Assembly (NCBI GenBank): GCA_016929855.1
Contig: JAFGHY010000005.1
Coordinates: 1-32,846 of the forward strand
Source of the DNA: Candidatus Woesearchaeota archaeon
GTDB lineage: Archaea; Nanobdellota; Nanobdellia; Woesearchaeales; JAHJEM01
Direction: 5' to 3'
Length of the DNA stretch: 32,846 bases
Each line of letters opens with the position of its first letter. Position 1 is the first letter of the stretch. The translations under genes and the position numbers were made by a program. Positions 24,489 through 32,846 of the stretch are shown one piece after another. The notes beneath the pieces are model-generated. The model had not been told where the DNA came from. It saw only the letters and a list, made by a program, of their open reading frames with translations, and did no database searches.

Positions 24489-25473
24489 GTTTGCCGGTAT
24501 AAGTTTCCAAGTGTTCTTGAAGATAAGATTCGTTGGTCTGAAGGTATTTCACACTGGGTTTGAGCTTTATCCTGTGGGCGAGTACGCTAAGGAGCACTGC
24601 TGATACGTCATCCCAGTCTGCATGTTCTTTGCCGCAGAGTTTTGCATGACTTTGTGCTCTCTCAAAAAGACCCAGGCTTGCGCGTACGCTTGGCTTCTTT
24701 TCAAGATTCTGGTCATTCCTTAATTGGCGTATGAAATCCACGATGTCATGCGCGAGCGTGTCTTCTGTGGGATAGAACTTGTTTGCTTTGGTGTCAACAA
24801 TCTTTTCCTCGTCTTCCTGTGTTTCTGGGTAATTCACATAGATGAGGTCGAACCTGTCCAATAGCACATCGCTCAGTGGTTCTGTGCTGTTGTCATTAGG
24901 GTTCATTGTCGCGACAAAGATAAAATCCGCATCCAGGTCAACAGTGTAGCTTCCTATTGTGACTTTCTTCTCCTCTAGGGCTTGCAGAAGGGCATTCTGG
25001 AGCTTTTCGCTGCACCTGTTGATCTCGTCAAAGAAAAGTATGCCTTGGTTGGCCTTGAAAATCTTGCCAGGCGTGAAGGCTGTTATGCTCATCGGTCCAT
25101 ACTGCATCGCTTTTATCGGGTCTATGTCTCCCAATAGGTCTTCTGCTGTAAGATCAGGACTTCCCTGGATTCTCACAAACAATTCCTGGCCAGTGTATTG
25201 CTTAGTCGGGGTTGGTTTGCCTGCCTTCATGTTATCTTGACATACTGGGCACATGGGCCTGTCTGGCGTGCAGTGGTAAGGGCAGTTGTTGAGGGCCTTG
25301 GCTGGCAGAAGCTTTGCTATGTTCTTTGCAAGTGTTGTCTTTCCCATGCCTGGCTGTCCTACAAGGATTATGTGCCTTCCCATCAATAGGGCTGATTTTG
25401 CTTGTTTCTTGACTTCTTCCAGACCTATTATGTCTGAAAAGTCATTCTGTAGAAGGTTCTGTTCGAATGTCAT
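24472..25473 (-). CDS. AAA+ ATPase, ChlI/MoxR-like, with a Cys cluster
   Basis: Walker A GQPGMGKT, CPYHC...CPVC, QGSPDLTAEDLLG, Walker B ILFFDEINR, LLQALEE, LLDRF. Confidence 0.9.
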   Translation of the reverse strand: MTFEQNLLQNDFSDIIGLEEVKKQAKSALLMGRHIILVGQPGMGKTTLAKNIAKLLPAKALNNCPYHCTPDRPMCPVCQDNMKAGKPTPTKQYTGQELFVRIQGSPDLTAEDLLGDIDPIKAMQYGPMSITAFTPGKIFKANQGILFFDEINRCSEKLQNALLQALEEKKVTIGSYTVDLDADFIFVATMNPNDNSTEPLSDVLLDRFDLIYVNYPETQEDEEKIVDTKANKFYPTEDTLAHDIVDFIRQLRNDQNLEKKPSVRASLGLFERAQSHAKLCGKEHADWDDVSAVLLSVLAHRIKLKPSVKYLQTNESYLQEHLETYTGKRAGAG

Positions 25474-25555
25474 AACCTATAATATGCACACTGGAGGTTT
25501 ATAAACCTATTCCGAAGGGTTTAAATTCTGAGAATGATTAATGGTGTGGCCAAAA

Positions 25556-26134
25556 TTAGAATGCAAACGAGGCTTGAATGACTATTCCTGCCACCAGGGG
25601 TATTATCATATTGTCATCTAAGTGCAGGAAGTCTATCTCAATAATCTCGGCCAGCATGGCTGCGAGCGCTCCTAGAAATGCAGGAATAGGGTTGACGAAC
25701 AGCATTGCAGCAAGTGCTGCGGCCACCAGCCCTATGATAGTCCCTTCTACTGTGCGGCTACTCTTGGGATACTTGAGTTGTCCGAAAATCCGGCCGAATA
25801 CGTTTGAAAAGCTATCCCCAAAGCTCAGTATGAGTATACTGGCAAATAGCACTTCGTTTTGGAAGATGAAGCTTGCGATTGTAATGCCTGCAAGGTATGT
25901 TATGATTCCTTTTCCTGGAATGGGATCACTTGGTCTGTCGTACTTTTTTGCAAGTGCAGAGAAAACAGGCACTTTGTATTGCATACATATGAAGCTTATG
26001 AAGAGCCCGAGGACAAGCACTGCCAGCAGGATTACTGGGTTAAGGATTTGAACCATGAACAGGATAATTATTAGCAGACCAAGGCATAGATGGAATATCT
26101 GCCTGCCAAGTTCAAGTTTTGGTTTTGTCTTCAT
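25556..26134 (-). CDS. CTP-dependent polyprenol/diacylglycerol kinase family membrane protein
   Basis: RQIFH, FGDSFSNVFGR.FG, TVEGT, DDNMIIP motifs; multiple TM segments. Confidence 0.85.
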   Translation of the reverse strand: MKTKPKLELGRQIFHLCLGLLIIILFMVQILNPVILLAVLVLGLFISFICMQYKVPVFSALAKKYDRPSDPIPGKGIITYLAGITIASFIFQNEVLFASILILSFGDSFSNVFGRIFGQLKYPKSSRTVEGTIIGLVAAALAAMLFVNPIPAFLGALAAMLAEIIEIDFLHLDDNMIIPLVAGIVIQASFAF

Positions 26135-26161
26135 TTTTTTCTCTTATTATCTTTAGCAATT

Positions 26162-26650
26162 TCAGTTTATGTTGGCGCCGATTCCAAACAAGTGTATTAG
26201 GGCTTCGTTGCCAGTGTATACCACAAGACTCACTGCAAGTGTCGCGATAAGCACTCCTATGATTACTGCAATTATAAATTTTCTGAAGCTCAGCCCAAGA
26301 ATATAGGCTGAGAGCGTACCAGTGTATACCCCGCTGCCGGGAAGAGGAATGCCAATGAAGACTGCGAGCGCCCATTCACCGTACTTTTCTACGCCCTGAT
26401 GGATTCTTTTCTGTGTCTTCAAGAGGAATTTCTTGTATATTCTGTCAATGAATTTTATTCTGCAGGCAAGACGGATGACTTTGTCGAGCAGGAAGTATGC
26501 AAGCACTCCTAGAAGTACATTGATGACGAAAACTAGAATTGCTGCAGTGAATAGAGGGATGCCTCCTACAAAGACCGCATAGGGTATTGCCGCCCTTAGC
26601 TCAAACAGTGGTGTAAGTGTCAGGAGTATTGTGTAAATGTAATGGTTCAT
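26162..26650 (-). CDS. COG2426 putative small multidrug export membrane protein
   Basis: PLFELRAAIP and FIGIPLPGSGVYTG motifs. Confidence 0.85.
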   Translation of the reverse strand: MNHYIYTILLTLTPLFELRAAIPYAVFVGGIPLFTAAILVFVINVLLGVLAYFLLDKVIRLACRIKFIDRIYKKFLLKTQKRIHQGVEKYGEWALAVFIGIPLPGSGVYTGTLSAYILGLSFRKFIIAVIIGVLIATLAVSLVVYTGNEALIHLFGIGANIN

Positions 26651-26677
26651 CTTGCATCAGCTTATTCTTGTATCAGT

Positions 26678-27925
26678 TTATTGTTGTTTTTTTAATTTTG
26701 CGGATTTGCATTTCTCGGTGACGTACTTCTGTGTGATGACATCATCAAACAGTTTGCTTGGTTTCCTGAAATCGCGTTTAACCTCAGAAAATATCCTGTT
26801 ATTCTTGGTGTATGTTCTCAAGTGCTTATTCTTGAATTTTTCCACATCATATTTTGCGTTGAGTGGCGGCCCTCTTCTTTCCTTGTTCAGTGGAAGAATC
26901 TCGTCCTTAACAACAAAAACAAGCAATGCATTGTCAGGTCTGAACTCCCAGTCTGCTGACAGTACTGTGAACTCGTTCTTCTTGAGGCTTGCTATGATGT
27001 AATCGAAGATTTTCTTGACCTTGGCGCCGGCAACATCTTTCTTTTCATTCAAAGGCTTGACTTGGATGCTGAAAACTTGCGCTCCAATATTTTCCTTCCT
27101 GACCTTTACCAGGCTGATGTTCTCAGCCTTGAAGAATCTTTCTGAAGGATTCTGCATATATTCTTTTGCTCTTTTAATCAGAACATTGTACTTTTGTTTG
27201 GAGAGTGCTGCTGCAGCATTCCTTTCTTTCTGCAGAGGATCAACCACAATCAAGGGGCCTGTCTTCTTTGACCTGTTAAGTACCTTAAGGGGACTCTTGT
27301 GATGCTTCTCGATATCAATCACCACCTGGCCGTTCAAGGGCCACTTGCTGACATTTGCAATAAAATTCTCAAAATTCCCATAGTGTGCAAGCAGTATGTC
27401 AAGAACATGTCCCGAGAATCCCTGCAGGTATGATTCTGCCCCGTACACTTTGGCTGATTTGCAGAACATCTTTGCCAGCCTTATGTCATCAGGCAGTCTG
27501 TTGTTTCTTCGTGTCTGCTCCTTAACCCATTGCACGTGCAGTGGACTCATGTCCGTAACATTCAAGGCCTGCTTTTCGTCCTTCACGTCAAGAACTGGCA
27601 CAATCTCGTAGGTGTAAGTATTCCTCAGCTGAAAATAATTCCTGCTGCCATGCACTAATTCGGGCTTTAGTTTTTGGATTGCATTTTCCAGTATCTTTGA
27701 GATGTCCTGGTCTTTGTACTTGCGGTCGAACTTGACGAACAGGTCGATATCAAAATCGCCTTTTAGGTTGGTGTTCTTGGCAGTGCTCCCTCCAAGGACG
27801 CATTCTGATTGTATATTCTGCGCATTGAGTAGATTGTTGATTATTTGAATCTGTTTTTTCACATCTGCAGGCATTGGTCCGGGCTTCAATGTTTTTTTTA
27901 TTTTTTCAAGGTTCACGAGCATCAT
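26678..27925 (-). CDS. cca: CCA-adding enzyme, archaeal class I
   Basis: GGSTAKNT.L.GDFDIDLFV, EIVP, D.SPLH, VYGAE...GFSG, DP...RNAAAALS, GPP. Confidence 0.95.
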   Translation of the reverse strand: MMLVNLEKIKKTLKPGPMPADVKKQIQIINNLLNAQNIQSECVLGGSTAKNTNLKGDFDIDLFVKFDRKYKDQDISKILENAIQKLKPELVHGSRNYFQLRNTYTYEIVPVLDVKDEKQALNVTDMSPLHVQWVKEQTRRNNRLPDDIRLAKMFCKSAKVYGAESYLQGFSGHVLDILLAHYGNFENFIANVSKWPLNGQVVIDIEKHHKSPLKVLNRSKKTGPLIVVDPLQKERNAAAALSKQKYNVLIKRAKEYMQNPSERFFKAENISLVKVRKENIGAQVFSIQVKPLNEKKDVAGAKVKKIFDYIIASLKKNEFTVLSADWEFRPDNALLVFVVKDEILPLNKERRGPPLNAKYDVEKFKNKHLRTYTKNNRIFSEVKRDFRKPSKLFDDVITQKYVTEKCKSAKLKKQQ

Positions 27926-28054
27926 TAATCTACAGGGCTTTTTAAAGTATATTGAAGAATACCAGACTATTGACCTGATATTCTTAATATTTTCTAAAGC
28001 AGAAAAATTTAGTGCAATAGTTGGAAGGAAAATTCATGCGTTCATGTGTTCACA

Positions 28055-28432
28055 CTATTTTTTCTTTTTATTCCAGCCAATAAGGAACATGATTCCAATA
28101 AAGAAAGCAATTCCAGAAATCTGCAATGCCCATGATACATAATACCATTTAAAACCATTTCTAATAGATGTAATTAAAAGAAGTGCAATATAGATGATTC
28201 CTGAAAGGATAAATGCTACTCCTCCTACAATTTCATGCTTCCAAGAGATTAACAAAACAACCAATAGAATAATTGCAGGAATGTTATGAATGAACAATCC
28301 TAAAATCGCCCCCCAGAAACCATAATTCTCTTCAAAAATATCTAGTGACATCAGGACTAAAAATAATATGAAGATTATAGATAATAGTCTTGGTACCCAA
28401 TAGATATAATTGTTAATCTTTTTTTTTGTCAT
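28055..28432 (-). CDS. Small 4-TM membrane protein
   Basis: WVPRLLSI...LMSLDIF...HNIPA...ISWK.E.VGG; noticeably AT-rich codons. Confidence 0.8.
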   Translation of the reverse strand: MTKKKINNYIYWVPRLLSIIFILFLVLMSLDIFEENYGFWGAILGLFIHNIPAIILLVVLLISWKHEIVGGVAFILSGIIYIALLLITSIRNGFKWYYVSWALQISGIAFFIGIMFLIGWNKKKK

Positions 28433-28576
28433 AATATAGTTATTAGGAGCTTTAGATATATAATCTTTATGTTAATACAAGGATAGTCTGGCGAGTCGCC
28501 TGAATTGATGATAATCATTTATTAAATGCAGAATACATTGTTGATGGTGTTCTAAAAAATACGAAAAAATAGAGTC

Positions 28577-30289
28577 TCATATGGGGGGTGGTATTCCTGG
28601 TCCTCGCTTCTTCTTTTTCTTGGAAAGGATTCTGAACCCGAATATCCCTGCCACTACTACTGCAAGAATTATGATTATGACTATACTGTTTTCTGCTCCG
28701 AAGGATAGGATGCTGCCAATGAGCATGTTGCCTCTCGTGTACTCTATCTGGACTTCAGGTGTTGACTGCGTCAGCAGAGTGTCAGCCTGCCCATAGTAGA
28801 GGATGATTGTCTTTGGAGTGTCTATGATTCTGCTGGTTTCTGTATACAGTGCAGGTACTGTTAGTATACCTTGTGAATTTGCAGGAATTGTTATGGTGTT
28901 TGACGCAAGAACCTCTTCATCATCGAATAGGATTTCTGCAAAAGCAACAATATCTTGGTTTTGAGGGTTGCTCGCTTTTACCTGAATTTCTTCTCTGCCT
29001 TCATTGAATTTTGCCTGCTCAAGGACTATTGTTGTCTGCTCCTTGTGAGTGCTCTGTTCAGCTTGAGCAATAACCAAGGACAGGCCTTCATCAGACAGTA
29101 TGCTGTACCTCAGTGGCTGCTTGTAGTTGAATTTGGTGTTAACGACAGTCCTTACAATATCATCAGTAGTGGCAGGGACTTCATAAGGTATTGTGATTGT
29201 GCTTCCAGGCTTTATCTTGTGCAAATTCAGGTCTGCCAGAGGATTTCCTGAGAATTCAACATTGGTGAAGAATTCAGTGTCAATATTTCCTGTGCTCTTG
29301 AAAGTAATCGCGAGTATCTTCATGTTGCTGTAATACACAACCTTGTCTATATTCATCTGCGAGAAAGGGAAATCAAAGTAGACGCTGTCCAGGTCAAGAA
29401 TCTTTCCTTCCATTCCCTCCACGTTTGTCATCGTCCTGCCGTACCTTAATAGCATTTTGAGGTTCTTCTTGGAGAGTTCTTCGAGTTCTTTTGCAATGTT
29501 TGCCGTACCTCCTCCTATGACTTCAAAGTTCTCGATTCCGCTCTCAGCCATCAGCTCTGCAGTGGCTTCCTTATCTCCATAATAGACAAATATTGGTAAC
29601 TTTTGTTTTAGAGTATTCAGGTCTATGGCATCCATGCGTGTTATGATGCCCCATTCATTGTCAATGCTGTCGAAGAGCATTTTCGTGAGGACTATTGCAT
29701 TCTCATCAGAGTAATCAGTATATTTTTCACCAGGAAGATCTTTCGCGAATCTTATTGGAAAATGCCCTGCAACTATTATGTTATCGTTACCTGCTATTAT
29801 TGACCTTACATTATCCCAATTCTGTTCTGTCACGAAAAGAGGGGCGTAATTATTGTCGAATAGGAACGAAGAAAGGACGACAGGCTCTATGCCTGATGAT
29901 GGGTCAAAAAGTATGTATCCTGCATAATCCTTGTTTCCGAACAATTCATTTTGCAGTTCTGTGTAGTCCTTGTATCTGAGGACATTTATGTCTTCATAGC
30001 CATCAACTTCTGCAAACGAGTCAAAATTCTTGACTACAGGCTTTGAGGTAGACTCGTGCACGTAGACTGTCTCCCCTTTAGGTATTGTTTTTGTCTTGAG
30101 TTCTGCGTCCATTAGGCTGCTGAAGTGCAGGAACTGGTAGTCATTCATGCCTGCGTAAATAACAGAGAGATAATGGTCCTTCCAGTCGTTTGAATTGGAT
30201 ACCACAAGCCCCCTGGCGGAAACTAGGCTAGAAAAGACGACCAGCACGAAAACAAGTAATACTATGATTCTTTTGCTTGAAATCACCAT
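28577..30289 (-). CDS. Large secreted, C-terminally anchored surface protein
   Basis: Signal peptide, alpha/beta N-half, Ig-like beta C-half, C-terminal TM followed by KKKKKR. Confidence 0.8.
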   Translation of the reverse strand: MVISSKRIIVLLVFVLVVFSSLVSARGLVVSNSNDWKDHYLSVIYAGMNDYQFLHFSSLMDAELKTKTIPKGETVYVHESTSKPVVKNFDSFAEVDGYEDINVLRYKDYTELQNELFGNKDYAGYILFDPSSGIEPVVLSSFLFDNNYAPLFVTEQNWDNVRSIIAGNDNIIVAGHFPIRFAKDLPGEKYTDYSDENAIVLTKMLFDSIDNEWGIITRMDAIDLNTLKQKLPIFVYYGDKEATAELMAESGIENFEVIGGGTANIAKELEELSKKNLKMLLRYGRTMTNVEGMEGKILDLDSVYFDFPFSQMNIDKVVYYSNMKILAITFKSTGNIDTEFFTNVEFSGNPLADLNLHKIKPGSTITIPYEVPATTDDIVRTVVNTKFNYKQPLRYSILSDEGLSLVIAQAEQSTHKEQTTIVLEQAKFNEGREEIQVKASNPQNQDIVAFAEILFDDEEVLASNTITIPANSQGILTVPALYTETSRIIDTPKTIILYYGQADTLLTQSTPEVQIEYTRGNMLIGSILSFGAENSIVIIIILAVVVAGIFGFRILSKKKKKRGPGIPPPI

Positions 30290-30352
30290 TTAAGCCGCCC
30301 CAAAGACCCCCTAATTATATCAGAGTTAATCTGGTAGGTTGTTTGTTAACAT

Positions 30353-30372
30353 ATTTAAATAATTGTCGATTT
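30353..30372 (-). promoter_or_regulatory. BRE/TATA promoter AAATCGACAATTATTTAAAT
   Basis: 19/20 identical to 31213-31232; both lie ~64 nt upstream of adjacent surface-protein genes. Confidence 0.7.
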
Positions 30373-30431
30373 GCCATGTACAGTAATCCAGTATAAACAA
30401 TGCAGAAAAAAATACAAAAAAAGAAAGGTGT

Positions 30432-31148
30432 TTATATCATTTCCACCCAGACAAAATATTCATCTGAGGCAGTTTCACCGCCCGTACCATTCTCAGGAAG
30501 GATAACTTGGTAATCTGCAGTCTCGTTCCTGAAATTGACTCCATTCTCAAACACTTTTCCTGCAAAAACTATGTAAGTGCCGTCAGTCAGACTGTAAGTC
30601 AGGTATTCGTAGCTTTCATTCCATGCGGTTGTATTCGCGAAGTCAGACGAGATTGTGCTGAAGATTCCAGAACCAATGTTCTGTGCTGTTCCTGTAAATG
30701 TTAATGAATAATTGTCTGCATAGTCTCCACTCAAGTAGCTGAAGTTTGAGACAACTTCTGAAGTGTTGGCATCAGCAAGGCTCGCCCACATTATGGTGCT
30801 GCTTGTTGACATGTACACCAGGTTACCGAGTGCTGTCCACTCATACATGGTGTTAGCATCATCATCTCCAAGTACGATGAATCCTGTGACATCTCCTATC
30901 ACACCCACCCACCTGTAGGTTGTAACGTTGGTACTGAGATTAGCACCCGTGATATTACCTGCCTCAACAGTGACATTACCTATGGATTGGTTAGGATACT
31001 CTCCAAAATCTGCCTGGCTTGCTACTACTACAGCTCCAGGTTCTGCGGCAAAAATCCCGAAAGAGTTCAGGACCAGCAGGATAATGATTAAGAACAAAGG
31101 TGTCTTGATAAAACTAATTATCAATTCTATAAATAAATCACTTTTCAC
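30432..31148 (-). CDS. Secreted acidic beta-rich glycoprotein, paralog 1
   Basis: Signal peptide, VEAGNIT..NL...TYRWVGV.G.V.G.IVLGD, many N-x-S/T sequons, ends YFVWVEMI; GTG 31148 behind GGGGTGA. Confidence 0.8.
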   Translation of the reverse strand: MKSDLFIELIISFIKTPLFLIIILLVLNSFGIFAAEPGAVVVASQADFGEYPNQSIGNVTVEAGNITGANLSTNVTTYRWVGVIGDVTGFIVLGDDDANTMYEWTALGNLVYMSTSSTIMWASLADANTSEVVSNFSYLSGDYADNYSLTFTGTAQNIGSGIFSTISSDFANTTAWNESYEYLTYSLTDGTYIVFAGKVFENGVNFRNETADYQVILPENGTGGETASDEYFVWVEMI

Positions 31149-31212
31149 TAGGCTCACCCCATTTCATAATACGACCCTATTCACCCAATATATAGCTACA
31201 ATAAAGCTACTC

Positions 31213-31232
31213 ATTTAAATAGTTGTCGATTT
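31213..31232 (-). promoter_or_regulatory. BRE/TATA promoter AAATCGACAACTATTTAAAT
   Basis: Near-duplicate of 30353-30372. Confidence 0.7.
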
Positions 31233-31500
31233 TAAGGCAGAAGAATTTTTTACTGCATAATAACTACCAATATTGTTTTGTCGACGTGAAACATAAAGAA
31301 TTAGGATTATCGAAATCAAAAACACGCCCTAAATGCTCAAATTCCTGGAAAAATTTGGCAAGATCAAAGCAGGATTTAATCTGAACGAGGTATGCAACTG
31401 GCAAAAATCCACGGTATAAAAACCGAGGCATGCTTCTTCAATAACAATCAAGAATGATTATTCAAATAAAAGAAAAAAAAGAAAAATATCCAACAATTGC

Positions 31501-32193
31501 TCAGACCAGTTCTACCCAGAAGTAATAGGTGTCAGCAGTAGTATCTCCGCCGTCTCCATTCTCAGGGAGAATCATCTGATAGTCTGCAGTTTCAGCTCTG
31601 TATGCGTTCTGGTCCTCTTGAACAGGTGTTGCAAATACTATGCTTGCCCCATCTGTCAGACTGTATGTTTTCCAGTAATCTCCTGCACCTGCTTGTAACG
31701 TCAGAGCATAGTCTGATGTCAATGTGCTGAAAATTCCTGAACCGATGTTCTCTGCAGTGTTGTTGAATGTGTTTGTGTAGTTGTCTGCATCTCCAGCTGT
31801 CGCCAACCACGTGAAGTTAGCTGTAACTGCGGTAGCATCGGCATCTGCAAGGCTTGTCCAGGTTACTGAACTTTCATTGCATGCATAAACCATCTCGCCT
31901 GCAGCTGTCCACACGTACATCTCATTCCTGTCTTCGTCACCGAGTACGATGTTTCCTGAAACTTCTCCAAATACACCAACCCACCGGTATGTTGAGACGT
32001 TTACAGTTAAGTTTGTTGTACTTATGTTGCCTGCTTCGACGTTGATGCTTCCTGCATCGGTGATATTGTATTCACCGTGGTCTACAGCAGTCGTGACAGT
32101 CGCACCTCCTGGTTCAACTGCCATCGCGTTTCCGACATACAGCAAGAATAAGCTAAGAATTACTAATAGCATTGCTGTCTTCTCTTGTCGCAT
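31501..32193 (-). CDS. Secreted acidic beta-rich glycoprotein, paralog 2
   Basis: Collinear with paralog 1 (NIGSGIFST, YSLTDG, ETADYQ.ILPENG, ends YYFWVELV); ATG 32193 behind GGAGGTGA. Confidence 0.85.
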   Translation of the reverse strand: MRQEKTAMLLVILSLFLLYVGNAMAVEPGGATVTTAVDHGEYNITDAGSINVEAGNISTTNLTVNVSTYRWVGVFGEVSGNIVLGDEDRNEMYVWTAAGEMVYACNESSVTWTSLADADATAVTANFTWLATAGDADNYTNTFNNTAENIGSGIFSTLTSDYALTLQAGAGDYWKTYSLTDGASIVFATPVQEDQNAYRAETADYQMILPENGDGGDTTADTYYFWVELV

Positions 32194-32670
32194 CTGTTCA
32201 CCTCCGTTTCTAGTCATTACTGTCCTTTAAGAATCATGAATCCTAAAGGAAAATTGTTACTTACACCTAACTCTGATATTATTCGTTTATATAGTTTTCG
32301 GTTCAAGTAAAATCAAACATTCAAATTAGCACTCTACAGCCCCCGAATAATAGTTACTCAGAAATGAATACATGAGATAATTCAAAGATTTTTTGGGATT
32401 TCTAAATAATCAACCCGCGACATCATAAGATGAATTAGTTAAACAATACTCTAACAAACAATACAAACGTAATAACTTAGCCTGATAGCAAGCAATTAAG
32501 CCCTTAGAAAAGGTTGTTGCACACAGTGTAAAAAAAGCGATATATTTATAAAAGCGAAATCGAATTGAAAATCATTGAAAAATGCTGTTGCATTGGCTGG
32601 AAAAAATTGAGCTGATTTGCATTAAATAAGGGAATAATTCATTTTTATAACATTTTAGAGGTGAGGAAAA

Positions 32671-32846
32671 CTGAATACTGACAATCCAAGAGAGAGAGAT
32701 TATTCTAATTCATTATCGCCTTTTGTGTTCCATGATGGAACGCGTGCCTCTAACATTTCTGAGCTAATCCAAAAAATCAAGGATTTGGACGACAATACCT
32801 TCAACAGGTTCGTGAACCAGGAAAAACATGATTTTGCAGAGTGGAT
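32671..32846 (+). CDS. DUF5752-like protein, partial; probable CTG start
   Basis: Frame reads ...PFVFHDGTRASNISELIQKIKDLDDNTFNRFVNQEKHDFAEW; GAGGTGA SD 6 nt before CTG; in-frame TGA at 32662. Confidence 0.6.
   Translation, partial: MNTDNPRERDYSNSLSPFVFHDGTRASNISELIQKIKDLDDNTFNRFVNQEKHDFAEW

Noticed and set aside
28504-28522. Fur-box-like attgatgataatcatttat
   Set aside because: Only 13/19 match to the E. coli consensus in AT-rich DNA and not symmetric like the 22412 site.
1-32846. CRISPR array, transposase, integrase, tRNA or rRNA
   Set aside because: No regularly spaced repeats, recombinase motifs or RNA-gene signatures recognised by eye.

Overview
Chromosomal segment of an archaeon, most likely a DPANN lineage (Woesearchaeota/Pacearchaeota-like). 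The lineage is inferred from archaeal Orc1/Cdc6, a class I CCA enzyme, archease-RtcB, class III signal-peptide pilins, BRE/TATA promoters and GAGGTGA Shine-Dalgarno (SD) sites. Left part: cdc6 plus oapABC (origin-associated genes), tatD, archease-rtcB, two pilin-like genes, tsaC/sua5 and an orphan parA. Centre: an unusual divergent four-gene block [classic-clade AAA ATPase <- long coiled-coil protein] / [cytoplasmic subtilisin -> small I9/propeptide-like protein], the best candidate for an undescribed system. Right part: a PerR/Fur-SOD-AhpC-AlkD-Ogg oxidative-stress/DNA-repair cluster with a perfect 7-1-7 operator just downstream of an archaeal TATA box, an AAA+vWA pair, cca, and secreted glycoprotein paralogs. 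Features missed by the ORF track: three translationally coupled micro-ORFs after cdc6, a ~110-nt structured element upstream of cdc6, a ~130-nt two-hairpin element present twice with compensatory base changes, an in-frame TAA splitting a Cys-rich lipoprotein, a 1-nt frameshift at the AhpC active site, and a probable CTG start. No rRNA, tRNA, CRISPR array or transposase was recognised. All family assignments are by eye from motifs; no searches were run.
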